Virus record (IMG/VR): IMGVR_UViG_3300032294_002926
Length of the DNA: 64,000 nt
Reading direction: 5' to 3' (one strand)
Origin: a virus
Lineage: Duplodnaviria; Heunggongvirae; Uroviricota; Caudoviricetes
A program made the position numbers and the translations under genes. The notes beneath the pieces are model-generated. The model worked only from the letters and a program-made list of their open reading frames with translations. It did not search any database and was not told the origin of the DNA. Positions 20,322 through 30,055 of this stretch are shown here, piece by piece; position 1 is the first letter of the stretch; each line of letters begins with the position of its first letter.

Positions 20322-22259
20322 TCCTCCACAACTGTTGCTTATTTACTACATTACGCTCTATTCAATGATAGTGTAAATATTGCAATTCTTGCAAATAAAG
20401 CGACAACTGCCAGAGATCTTCTACAAAGACTCCAACTTGCATACGAAAATCTTCCGAAATGGATGCAACAGGGAGTTCTTCAGTGGAACAGAGGAAGTTT
20501 AGAACTAGAGAATGGATCTAAAATTATGGCCGCTTCCACATCAGCATCAGCAGTGCGTGGTGGATCTTATAATATCATATTCTTGGATGAGTTTGCATTT
20601 ATTCCAAATCATATTGCAGATGATTTCTTCGCTTCAGTTTATCCAACAATCTCATCTGGTAAAACAACTAAAGTTATCATAGTTTCTTGTGTCACAGACG
20701 ATACTTTTGTTCTTACTCCAAAAGGAATCTATGAAATGTCAGATTTTATAGATTATAATCAAGAAGAGAATCCAGTCAAAGGATATGAAGTCATTGATTA
20801 TCAGGTTTATGGACATGGAGGAATAAAAAACGGAAATATTTTAGTAAATAGTGGATATCATGACACTAAAGTCATATATTCACAATCATCTTTTGTTGAA
20901 TGTTCTTTAAGACATCCATGGTTTGTTTGTGATAATGGTATCTATGATTGGAAAAAAACTTCAGAATTAAACGGAAATGAGTATATTGCAGTTGAATATG
21001 GACATGATGTTTGGGGTAATGATAATCAAATAGAAGAAATAGAAATAACTCCAGATTTTGCGTATTTTCTTGGACTTTATATCTCAAAGGGATCTTCAAT
21101 TTACGAAATTAATGATGAAAATGAAATCAAATATAGAGGAATCGCAATAATTTGTAATGAAAACATTAGATCTACATTAAGGTCATTAAATTTAAATTAT
21201 AATTATGTTAATAACATAAATTATATAATTTCATCACCATCTCTTTGTGAGATTATGATAAATCTTGGATTTAATTTATCGGATAAATCTAAACAAAAAG
21301 AAATCCCCAAAAGACTTTTTAGAATGTCTAGAGAAAATATAATTTCTTTAATTCAAGGTATTATGGATGGTAATGGAACAGCTCAAAAAAGTAATGGAAT
21401 TGTTTCAATTACTTCAAAGTCACAGAAACTCATTAAACAAATTAGATTTTTATTAAACAATTTTGGAATATTGAGTAGTTATTATAAAATAGCAATAGAA
21501 AAGTCTCCAGAAGTAAAAGTCCATTCTTACAAATATAAAATTGAATTAAGTGGTGAAATGTCAAATTCCTATTACAATCTTATAGGATTTAAGTTTCAGA
21601 GAAAACAATTTAATGAAAAATATTTGATAAAAAATAATACAAAAAACAGTCATGATGTAGTTCCTTATAGTAAAAATGTTATTTTTTCTTTAAAAAATAC
21701 GCATCCAGAAGATTATAATAAAATCGTTAAATCAAAAATTTTAATAGGACATTATAAAAAAACTCCTCATTTTAGTAGAAAATTTTTATTGAAACATAAG
21801 AAGTTCTTTTTAAGTTTAAATAATGAAGTAATTAATCAATTATACAATTTTGTAGATGAGAGTATTAAATGGGAAAAAATTGATAAAATTCAAGATTCTA
21901 AAAATAAAGTATATGATTTCTCTTTAAAAGAAACAGGTGATAAATGGTGCCATAGTGTATTATTTAATAATATTTTAGGATCTAACACGCCACGAGGTAT
22001 GAATCATTTTTATCGTATGTGGCATGATGCAGAGAGAGGTAAAAATGGTTATGTTCCCACTGATGTTCATTGGTCAGAAGTTCCTGGAAGAGATGAAAAA
22101 TGGAAAGCAGAAACTATTGCGAACACTTCGGCAGAACAATTTCGAATCGAGTTTGAAAGTGTTCAGCATGACACATTAATAAATGTAGAAATGGATGGAG
22201 TATTACAAAAAATTTCAATAGGCGATTTATATAAGAACTTATACAATAAAAGTTGTTAA
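19977..22259 (+). CDS. gp17: terminase large subunit fragment 2: IntC - ATPase core (with cis intein) - IntN
   Basis: VSHN|SSTTVAYLLH, LDEFAF Walker B, VIIVS|C...SN|TPRGMNHFY, QFRIEFE|SVQHDT. Confidence 0.92.
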   Translation: MAKIIEEFKNNEWEIETPSGWQSFSGVGKTIEYDEFEILTENGKKLYCADKHILIDEFWGQIFCDELFTGSKIQTKDGIEKIKTIKKTSNICNMYDILDVENGNIFYSNDIVSHNSSTTVAYLLHYALFNDSVNIAILANKATTARDLLQRLQLAYENLPKWMQQGVLQWNRGSLELENGSKIMAASTSASAVRGGSYNIIFLDEFAFIPNHIADDFFASVYPTISSGKTTKVIIVSCVTDDTFVLTPKGIYEMSDFIDYNQEENPVKGYEVIDYQVYGHGGIKNGNILVNSGYHDTKVIYSQSSFVECSLRHPWFVCDNGIYDWKKTSELNGNEYIAVEYGHDVWGNDNQIEEIEITPDFAYFLGLYISKGSSIYEINDENEIKYRGIAIICNENIRSTLRSLNLNYNYVNNINYIISSPSLCEIMINLGFNLSDKSKQKEIPKRLFRMSRENIISLIQGIMDGNGTAQKSNGIVSITSKSQKLIKQIRFLLNNFGILSSYYKIAIEKSPEVKVHSYKYKIELSGEMSNSYYNLIGFKFQRKQFNEKYLIKNNTKNSHDVVPYSKNVIFSLKNTHPEDYNKIVKSKILIGHYKKTPHFSRKFLLKHKKFFLSLNNEVINQLYNFVDESIKWEKIDKIQDSKNKVYDFSLKETGDKWCHSVLFNNILGSNTPRGMNHFYRMWHDAERGKNGYVPTDVHWSEVPGRDEKWKAETIANTSAEQFRIEFESVQHDTLINVEMDGVLQKISIGDLYKNLYNKSC
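20688..21986 (+). mobile_element. contiguous intein TerL-2 (433 aa) with degenerate LAGLIDADG domain
   Basis: CVTDDTFV start, SLRHP block B, VYDF block F, ends LGSN/T; removing it restores VIIVSTPRG. Confidence 0.9.
22158..22256 (+). mobile_element. split intein TerL-3, N-fragment (33 aa, Ser1)
   Basis: SVQHDTLINV..ISIGDLYK after EFE; stop at 22257. Confidence 0.85.
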
Positions 22260-22268
22260 AAATTTAAA

Positions 22269-22613
22269 ATGAATTTACCATCAACAGTAATTAAAAATAA
22301 TTCAAATATTAAAATAGAAACTCCATATGGATTTGAGAATTTTTATGGAGTGAATAAAATAGAGAAAGATAGTTATATTCATCTATATTTCACAAATGGT
22401 GAAGAACTTAAATGTTCATTAGATCATCCTTTATCCACAATCGAAGGTATTATAAAAGCAAAAGATTTAGATAAGTACACTGAAGTTTATACAAAAAATG
22501 GTGGATGTTTTTTAAAAAAATCAAAAGTCATTAATAAACCAATTGAACTTTATGACATTGTAAACTCTGGAATCAAACATTTATATTACACAAATAATAT
22601 AATATCTCATAAT
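22269..22613 (+). mobile_element. split intein TerL-3, C-fragment (115 aa, ends SHN, Cys+1)
   Basis: Block B CSLDHP, block F LYDI, block G IISHN/C. Confidence 0.9.
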
Positions 22614-23531
22614 TGCGAATTCTTAGGGTCAATGAATACCCTAATAAATGCAGCAAAATTAAAGAACTTTGTATATGATGATCCGATACAAAGAAATGCC
22701 GGTTTAGATGTTTATGAAGATCCAAAAGAAGATAATAATTATTTAATTACTGTTGATGTTGCGCGTGGTCTCGGAAATGATTATTCTGCATTTATTGTAT
22801 TCGATATCACAAATTTTCCATATAAAGTCATAGCAAAATATAAGAACAATGAAATTAAACCAATGCTGTTTCCCAGTATTATACATGAAGTTGCAAAAGG
22901 ATACAATAATTCATGGGTACTAATTGAAGTTAATGACATTGGGGATCAAGTAGCAAATATTCTACATTTTGATTTGGAATATGACAATATTCTCATGTGT
23001 GCAATGAAAGGTCGAGCAGGTCAAATTGTTGGATCTGGATTTAGTGGTAAAAGATCTCAATTAGGTGTGAGAATGACATCTTCTGTTAAAAAGTTGGGAT
23101 GTTCAAATCTTAAAACACTAATGGAAGATGATAAATTAATTACAAACGATTATGATATCATTTCAGAATTAACAACATTCATTCAAAAACATAATTCATT
23201 TGAAGCAGAAGAAGGAACTAATGATGATCTGGCCATGTGTTTGGTCATTTTCTCTTGGTTGGTTGCACAGGATTATTTCAAAGAAATGACTGATAATGAT
23301 GTAAGAAAAAGAATATATGAGGAACAAAAAAATCAAATAGAACAAGATATGTCACCATTTGGATTTATTTTAGATGGAATAGATGATTCTGAAATATTTG
23401 TAGAAAAAGCAACCGGAGATACGTGGATGAATGCAAATAAAAAAGACCCTAATCAATTATTAGAAGTATGGAATTTAGATGAATATGGTGATGTATCAAA
23501 TGAATGGAATTATATGTGGGATTATAATTAG
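22269..23531 (+). CDS. gp17: terminase large subunit fragment 3: IntC + nuclease domain
   Basis: IISHN|CEFLGS; TVDVARGLGNDYSAF; NDDLAMCLV nuclease motifs. Confidence 0.92.
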   Translation: MNLPSTVIKNNSNIKIETPYGFENFYGVNKIEKDSYIHLYFTNGEELKCSLDHPLSTIEGIIKAKDLDKYTEVYTKNGGCFLKKSKVINKPIELYDIVNSGIKHLYYTNNIISHNCEFLGSMNTLINAAKLKNFVYDDPIQRNAGLDVYEDPKEDNNYLITVDVARGLGNDYSAFIVFDITNFPYKVIAKYKNNEIKPMLFPSIIHEVAKGYNNSWVLIEVNDIGDQVANILHFDLEYDNILMCAMKGRAGQIVGSGFSGKRSQLGVRMTSSVKKLGCSNLKTLMEDDKLITNDYDIISELTTFIQKHNSFEAEEGTNDDLAMCLVIFSWLVAQDYFKEMTDNDVRKRIYEEQKNQIEQDMSPFGFILDGIDDSEIFVEKATGDTWMNANKKDPNQLLEVWNLDEYGDVSNEWNYMWDYN

Positions 23532-23548
23532 TTACAACATACAAAAAT

Positions 23549-23556
23549 TATAAATA
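23549..23556 (+). promoter_or_regulatory. late promoter TATAAATA
   Basis: Exact consensus upstream of gp18. Confidence 0.8.
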
Positions 23557-23589
23557 ATTTTAGAATGTTGGAATTGTAGGAGAATAAAG

Positions 23590-25737
23590 ATGCCGCTAAA
23601 TTTAGCATCTCCTGGATTAGTAGTAAGGGAAATCGATTTAACTGCCGGAAGAGCTACTCCTTCGTCAGATAAAGTTGGTGCTATTGTAGGACCCTTCACT
23701 AAAGGCCCAGTAAATGTACCAGTTTTAATCGAAAACGAAAATGATTTATTAAAAAATTTCGGTGAACCATATTCTACAGATAAGCAATATGAAACATGGC
23801 TTGTAGCCTCATCATATCTTGCATATGGTGGATCACTCATGGTCGTAAGATCTAATGATAGTGGAATGAGAAATGGTTTCACTGGGAGTGCAAATAATGT
23901 TAAAATTGATAGTTTAGATCATTACAACGCTTTAGGTTATGATGAAAATACTCTAACCGATGTTGTTGTTGCTGCAAGAAATCCAGGTTCTTGGTCAAAT
24001 GGAATAACAGTTGCCATCATTGATTCCAAAGCAGATCAAATTATTGGAATAGCTACTACTGGAATTTCAATCGGAATGGGTGTCACTCAATCTGTAACTG
24101 GTAGAGTTAATCCTGGTGCAGGTGTAACTTCAGCATTAAATGGTTACTTGAAAGGTGTTGTTACGGGAGTTGGAGTAGAAACTATTGATGTTAAAGTGTT
24201 AGATTATGTTTCTAACGGAACTGTAACTCCGGTAGAATATCAACAAGAAAGCATTTTTACTTTCTATGATTCTCAAAATGTTACTATTTTTAATAATAGT
24301 AGTGTTGGAATTGCTACTACAACTGCACTTACTTCGACTGATTGGTTTGATCAGCAATCAATTCCATTAGGATCAACAAACATTAAATGGAATAATATTG
24401 CAACTAGACCTGGAACTTCTGAATATGCTGAAGCTAGAAATTCAAGATTTGATGAAGTCCACGTAGTCGTAATCGATGCACTTGGTAAAATTACTGGAAA
24501 TAGTGGAACAATTTTAGAAAAACATCTAAGTCTTTCTAAAGGTTCTGATGCACAGTTTTCTGTAGGAAATCCTTCTTATTGGAGAAAGTACTTAGCAAAT
24601 AATTCAAGTTATATTTTCGGTCTTGGTGCACCTGCAGGAATTGTAACTACTGGATTTTCAGCAAATTATTCTCTTGAAACTGATGTTGGATGGGATCAAG
24701 AAGTTGAAGGAATTACATTTGCAGCTACAGGATCATACTCAAGTCCATTGACTGGTGGATTAGATTATGCTGGAAGTCCAAATGTCAATTCAGGTGGTGC
24801 TTTAACCGCATCATTATCACAACTTTCTGCTGGTTATGATTTATTTGAATCTCCTGAAGATATAAAAGTAGATTTCCTTCTAATGGGATCTGCTGCTTAT
24901 GATATTTCTACAGCACAAGCACTTGCAAATAAACTTATTTCGGTTGCAGAATTGAGAAAAGATGCGATTGCATTCATTTCCCCATATAGAGGAGCAAGTT
25001 TAAGTGATACTTCAAATCAAACCGAAGTTACAATTAAATCTACTGCTGATATTACTGAAAATCTTTTAAGATTCTATTCTTCAGTTGCATCTTCATCCTA
25101 TGCAATATTTGATAGTACCTATAAGTACATGTATGATAGATTCTCGAATACATTTAGGTATGTGCCTTTGAATGGTGATATTGGTGGTATTTGTGCTCGT
25201 AACGATATTAATAACTTCCCATGGTATTCACCTGCCGGAACAACTAGAGGCGCAATCTTAAACGCTGTAAAACTTGCTTATAATCCAACACAAACCCAAA
25301 GAGATAAACTCTACTCAAATAGAATTAATCCAGTAGTTCTTTCTCCTGGAGCAGGAATCATTCTATTCGGTGATAAAACTGGATTAGGAAAGGCCTCTGC
25401 ATTTGATAGAATTAATGTACGTAGACTATTCGTCTACCTTGAGAATGCAATTTCTCAAGCAGCGAAAGATTCTCTCTTTGAATTCAACGACGAAATTACA
25501 AGAACTAATTTTGTAAACACGATTGAACCTTTCCTTCGTGATGTTCAGGCAAAGAGAGGTATTTTTGATTATGTGGTGGTTTGTGATGAAACCAATAATA
25601 CTGCTGCAATAATTGATAACAATGAATTCGTTGCAGATATTTACATCAAACCCTCAAGATCAATTAACTTCATTGGTCTCAACTTTATCGCCACTAAAAC
25701 TGGTGTTTCTTTTGAAGAAGTAATCGGTACATTCTAA
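23590..25737 (+). CDS. gp18: tail sheath protein
   Basis: LASPGLVVREIDLT; WYSPAGTTRG; FDRINVRRLF; YIKPSRSINFI. Confidence 0.95.
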   Translation: MPLNLASPGLVVREIDLTAGRATPSSDKVGAIVGPFTKGPVNVPVLIENENDLLKNFGEPYSTDKQYETWLVASSYLAYGGSLMVVRSNDSGMRNGFTGSANNVKIDSLDHYNALGYDENTLTDVVVAARNPGSWSNGITVAIIDSKADQIIGIATTGISIGMGVTQSVTGRVNPGAGVTSALNGYLKGVVTGVGVETIDVKVLDYVSNGTVTPVEYQQESIFTFYDSQNVTIFNNSSVGIATTTALTSTDWFDQQSIPLGSTNIKWNNIATRPGTSEYAEARNSRFDEVHVVVIDALGKITGNSGTILEKHLSLSKGSDAQFSVGNPSYWRKYLANNSSYIFGLGAPAGIVTTGFSANYSLETDVGWDQEVEGITFAATGSYSSPLTGGLDYAGSPNVNSGGALTASLSQLSAGYDLFESPEDIKVDFLLMGSAAYDISTAQALANKLISVAELRKDAIAFISPYRGASLSDTSNQTEVTIKSTADITENLLRFYSSVASSSYAIFDSTYKYMYDRFSNTFRYVPLNGDIGGICARNDINNFPWYSPAGTTRGAILNAVKLAYNPTQTQRDKLYSNRINPVVLSPGAGIILFGDKTGLGKASAFDRINVRRLFVYLENAISQAAKDSLFEFNDEITRTNFVNTIEPFLRDVQAKRGIFDYVVVCDETNNTAAIIDNNEFVADIYIKPSRSINFIGLNFIATKTGVSFEEVIGTF

Positions 25738-25760
25738 TCAACTCAAAGGTTTAAAAAACT

Positions 25761-26351
25761 ATGGCAACTAGAAATCAACTTAATAATATCCCTGTAAGAA
25801 AAATTACAGATTTTAAAAGCAGACTAACTGGTGGTGGCACAAGAAGTAATCTTTTTGAAGTTGAACTTTCATTCCCCGCAGGAATTGCTGTTGACTCGAA
25901 TACTTTAGATAAAACAAGATTTCTTGTAAAATCTGCTGCGATTCCTGCATCAACTATTGCTCCTGTACCAGTTGCTTTTAGAGGAAGAGTTTTAAATGTG
26001 GCTGGTGAAAGATCTTTCGAAAGTTGGACTATTACAGTTATCAACGATACAGATTTTTCAATTCGTTCTGCTTTTGAAAAATGGAGCAATTACATCAACA
26101 GACTCTCAAACAACACTGGAGTCACAAACCCAGCATTGTATCAAACAGATGCAATTGTGCATCAATTAAATCGTGATGGTAGCATCTTAAGAGCATATAG
26201 AATGTATGATCTCTTTCCAACAGAAGTCAGTCGAATTGAATTAGCTTATGATTCAGAAGGTATTCAAGAATTTACTGTAGAATTACAGGTTCTTTGGTGG
26301 GAAGCTATTAGAGGTTCTTCTTCAGTAGCAGGTGGTCAAAATATCAACTAA
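25761..26351 (+). CDS. gp19: tail tube protein
   Basis: GGGTRSNLFEV; FRGRVLNVAGERSFESWTITVINDTDF. Confidence 0.95.
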   Translation: MATRNQLNNIPVRKITDFKSRLTGGGTRSNLFEVELSFPAGIAVDSNTLDKTRFLVKSAAIPASTIAPVPVAFRGRVLNVAGERSFESWTITVINDTDFSIRSAFEKWSNYINRLSNNTGVTNPALYQTDAIVHQLNRDGSILRAYRMYDLFPTEVSRIELAYDSEGIQEFTVELQVLWWEAIRGSSSVAGGQNIN

Positions 26352-26381
26352 ATAATAATTATTAATAAATTTATATAAAAT

Positions 26382-29321
26382 ATGGCAAAACTTTTTGGGT
26401 TTTCTATTGAGGATAATGAAAAAAAATCCAAATCAATAGTCTCCCCCGTTCCTCAGACAGATGAGGACGGGGTTGATTATTTTGTACAATCAGGATTTTA
26501 CGGACAGTATGTTGATATTGAAGGTGTTTATAGAACTGAATTTGATTTACTACGTAGATACAGAGAAATGGCGTTACACCCTGAGTGTGACTCAGCCATA
26601 GAAGATGTCGTAAATGAAGCAATAGTAAGTGACTTATACGATTCTCCAGTAGAAATTGAATTATCTAATTTAAATGCAAGTGATAAATTAAAATCTATTA
26701 TTAGAGAAGAATTTAAAATCATCAAAGAGATGATGGATTTTGATAGAAAATGTCATGAAATTTTTAGAAATTGGTATGTGGATGGGAGAGTTTATTATCT
26801 AAAAGTCATTGATGTAAAAAATCCTCATGAAGGAATCAAAGAATTGAGATACATTGACCCCATGAAGATGAAACATGTGCGTCAAGAAGTACCACAAAAA
26901 CAGAAGAATAACAGAAAAAACACAATTAATAGATTAAATCTAAACAATAATTTCACAAATACAGAAGTAGTAAGCACAGATATTGAAGAATATTTCATAT
27001 ATTCACCTATGCCGAATTATCCTTTATCATCTTTAAGTAGTGCAGCAAAGGGTAGTATTAAAATTTCTAAAGATGCGATTACTTATTGTACCTCGGGTCT
27101 TGTTGATAGAAATAAAGGAACAATACTTTCATATCTTCATAAAGCAATTAAAGCACTCAATCAACTTCGAATGATTGAAGATTCTCTTGTAATTTACAGA
27201 TTATGTTTAGTTGGAAATACAAGAGTAAAAACTAAAAATGGATATTCTTATATTAAAAATATAAAACCTGGAGATATTGTTTATAGTTATGATAATAGAG
27301 TAAATCATTTGTTAGAAACTAAGGTTTCTAACAAATGGATGACAGGTATTAAACAAACATTTAAAGTCACATCAAAACATCACAATATTATTGGAACTGA
27401 TACTCATCCAATTCTTGTTTATGATACTGTAACTAAAGATGTAAAGTATGTGCCAATTAAAGAATTGGAACCTAAAAGACATTGCTTGACTTATATTAAA
27501 CCGAATGAAACTAATATTCTCACATCTTTCCCAAAAATTAGAGAAAAAGCATTTTCCATTAAAAGTAATTCTTTTTGGTCTTCTTATAATATTAAAGGAA
27601 AGGAAAATATAATTAAAGAAATTTCTAAATCAACAAAAATAAAAAAACATAGAATTCGTAATTTTCTTTATGGTAATCAATCATTAGAGGATGCAAGCGT
27701 ACAACTTTTAGAGGAAAAACTTCCACTTTTAAAAAATACAGAATATGAAGAAAAATATGAAGGTTTATGTAGAAATAAATTAGATCTCCCAAATTATATT
27801 GACGAAGAATTTTCTAGATTATTTGGATTTCTTTTGGGTGATGGATCCATTGGAAAGTATGGAGTATCATTTGCGGAAGGTGAAGATGAAATTCAAAACA
27901 TTTACTATTCAAAATTAATGAAAAAGTTTTTTGGAAATTGTAAAAGAATAAATTCAAAAAGAAAATATAGTAATTATTCTTCATCGAATACACTTGCTTC
28001 AGAATTATTATCAAAGTTGGGATTCGTAAATGGGTCAAAGAAAAAAAGGATTCCATCATGGTTATTCACATCTTCAGACTCGATTAAAAAAGAATTTATT
28101 TTAGGTCTTTTAGATGCAGATGGTCATTACAGAGATTTAGTAAATGGATTTTCTTGTGAGATATCACTGGCAAATAAAGAACTCATTGAAGATATTAAAG
28201 AAATTTGGACTTCAATTGGACTCTGCTCTGGTCATATCCGACATAGAATTAGACCATCAAAAACTAGAATAGTTGGATATGAGACCACACCAAGAATAAT
28301 GCCAGAATCTGAATCTTGGGATTTATATTTAAGTGAATATGAACTACCCAAATTTGAAAAAATTCAAAAAATTGAAATTGATCAAATTGAAGAAGTTTAT
28401 GACATTGAAGTTGAACACGAAAAACATAATTTTGTTGCTAATGGAATTATAGTTCACAATTCAAGAGCTCCTGAACGTCGTATTTTTTATATTGATGTTG
28501 GAAATCTCCCTAAAGTAAAAGCAGAACAATATCTTAAGGAGGTTATGAGTCGTTATAGAAATAAACTTGTTTATGATGCCTCAACAGGTGAAGTAAGAGA
28601 TGATAGGAAGTTTATGAGTATGTTAGAAGATTTTTGGTTACCTCGTCGAGAAGGTGGTAGAGGAACAGAAATCACTACTTTACCTGGTGGTCAAAATCTC
28701 GGAGAACTTTCAGACATTGAATATTTTCAAAAGAAACTTTATAGATCATTAGGTGTACCGGAATCAAGAATTGCTGGGGGTGGTGATGGATTTAATTTAG
28801 GAAGATCTTCAGAAATTTTAAGAGATGAACTCAAGTTTTCAAAATTTGTAGGACGCCTCAGAAAACGTTTCGCAAGAATGTTCAATGACATTCTTCGCAC
28901 ACAATTACTATTAAAAAACATAGTATCAGTCGAAGATTGGAAACAAATGGAGGATCATATTCAATATGATTTTCTTTATGATAATCATTTTGCGGAACTT
29001 AAAGAGGCAGAATTAATACAGAATAGAATAGGTTTAATGACTCAGATAGAACCATATATTGGAAAATATTATTCTACAGAATATATCCGTAAAAAGATTT
29101 TGCGACAGACTGATTCAGAAATTGTTGAATTGGATCTACAAATTGAAGATGAAATTTCAAAAGGAATATTACCAGATCCAAATCAACCTACAGATGAGAT
29201 GGGAAATCCTATTCCAACAGAAAATCCATCTGAACAACCTGCTTTAGGAGAAATTCCTACAGAAGAACCTGCACCAGAAGCACCAAAAATTATCGCAGAA
29301 CCTAAAGGTGGTAAAATATAA
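26382..29321 (+). CDS. gp20: portal protein with contiguous intein
   Basis: LRRYREMALHPECDSAIEDVVNEAI; LVIYRL|...|SRAPERRIFYIDVG; EDFWLPRREGGRGTEITTLPGG. Confidence 0.95.
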   Translation: MAKLFGFSIEDNEKKSKSIVSPVPQTDEDGVDYFVQSGFYGQYVDIEGVYRTEFDLLRRYREMALHPECDSAIEDVVNEAIVSDLYDSPVEIELSNLNASDKLKSIIREEFKIIKEMMDFDRKCHEIFRNWYVDGRVYYLKVIDVKNPHEGIKELRYIDPMKMKHVRQEVPQKQKNNRKNTINRLNLNNNFTNTEVVSTDIEEYFIYSPMPNYPLSSLSSAAKGSIKISKDAITYCTSGLVDRNKGTILSYLHKAIKALNQLRMIEDSLVIYRLCLVGNTRVKTKNGYSYIKNIKPGDIVYSYDNRVNHLLETKVSNKWMTGIKQTFKVTSKHHNIIGTDTHPILVYDTVTKDVKYVPIKELEPKRHCLTYIKPNETNILTSFPKIREKAFSIKSNSFWSSYNIKGKENIIKEISKSTKIKKHRIRNFLYGNQSLEDASVQLLEEKLPLLKNTEYEEKYEGLCRNKLDLPNYIDEEFSRLFGFLLGDGSIGKYGVSFAEGEDEIQNIYYSKLMKKFFGNCKRINSKRKYSNYSSSNTLASELLSKLGFVNGSKKKRIPSWLFTSSDSIKKEFILGLLDADGHYRDLVNGFSCEISLANKELIEDIKEIWTSIGLCSGHIRHRIRPSKTRIVGYETTPRIMPESESWDLYLSEYELPKFEKIQKIEIDQIEEVYDIEVEHEKHNFVANGIIVHNSRAPERRIFYIDVGNLPKVKAEQYLKEVMSRYRNKLVYDASTGEVRDDRKFMSMLEDFWLPRREGGRGTEITTLPGGQNLGELSDIEYFQKKLYRSLGVPESRIAGGGDGFNLGRSSEILRDELKFSKFVGRLRKRFARMFNDILRTQLLLKNIVSVEDWKQMEDHIQYDFLYDNHFAELKEAELIQNRIGLMTQIEPYIGKYYSTEYIRKKILRQTDSEIVELDLQIEDEISKGILPDPNQPTDEMGNPIPTENPSEQPALGEIPTEEPAPEAPKIIAEPKGGKI
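27204..28460 (+). mobile_element. contiguous LAGLIDADG intein in portal (419 aa)
   Basis: CLVGNT start, GTDTHP block B, FGFLLGDG and ILGLLDADG motifs, VYDIEV..VHN/S end. Confidence 0.92.
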
Positions 29322-29336
29322 ATAATCTTATAAATA
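29317..29336 (+). promoter_or_regulatory. tandem late promoters TATAAATA x2
   Basis: Exact copies at 29317 and 29329. Confidence 0.75.
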
Positions 29337-29349
29337 TAAATTACTTTTC

Positions 29350-29511
29350 ATGAACGAACTTATAGATTTGATTGCAACTGATGGGTCATCATCTGATATT
29401 TCAGATAGAATTAAAGAAATACTTTATGCTAAAACTGCAGATAGAATAAGTTCTATTCAACCTGAAATTGCATCTACAATTTTTAATTCAAACGAAACAG
29501 AAGGTGAATAA
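29350..29511 (+). CDS. small hypothetical protein (53 aa, missing from the ORF track)
   Basis: MNELIDLIATDGSSSDISDRIKEILYAK..; late promoters upstream; TAATG overlap with the next gene. Confidence 0.7.
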   Translation: MNELIDLIATDGSSSDISDRIKEILYAKTADRISSIQPEIASTIFNSNETEGE

Positions 29512-30053
29512 TGGCTTTAAAAATTATTCAAGATAGTACTATACCAAGAATAGAACCTTTAGTTGGAGTTGCTTTCACAAGTGTCCCAATTACACTAAAA
29601 ACTGGATATTTGAGAATTACAATTGGATCCAGTGTAGAAAGTTCAGGAGGATATGTTTCAATAGGAACTAATCCAACTGTAACTAAAAATCATCTTCATA
29701 TTGTTCCTTATAGTACAGACGTAATCAAAGAAGTGATGAAAAGGCAAACAATTGCCGGAATTGTAACTGGAACAACGACGAAAATAATTTTTTCTGAAAA
29801 TACTGGAAATCCTTTTATAAATTCAGATTATGTAAGTATTGAAAATGCACCAACTGTAGGATTAAATACAGTTCATAATTCTATTGTGAGTTCTAATGAT
29901 TCTTCAGTAACAATTAATTTCAATAGTTCATCTATTGTATCACCAAATTTCAGTGGAGCAACATTGGCAAAAAGCGTTAAAGTTGCATGTTTAACTTATG
30001 ACCCAGGCACATTTTTTAACATTTCAGAAGTAGTAACTTTAGTCTCAGAGTAA
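29511..30053 (+). CDS. conserved hypothetical protein of the head module
   Basis: Coupled ORF between portal and protease. Confidence 0.65.
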   Translation: MALKIIQDSTIPRIEPLVGVAFTSVPITLKTGYLRITIGSSVESSGGYVSIGTNPTVTKNHLHIVPYSTDVIKEVMKRQTIAGIVTGTTTKIIFSENTGNPFINSDYVSIENAPTVGLNTVHNSIVSSNDSSVTINFNSSSIVSPNFSGATLAKSVKVACLTYDPGTFFNISEVVTLVSE

Positions 30054-30055
30054 AA

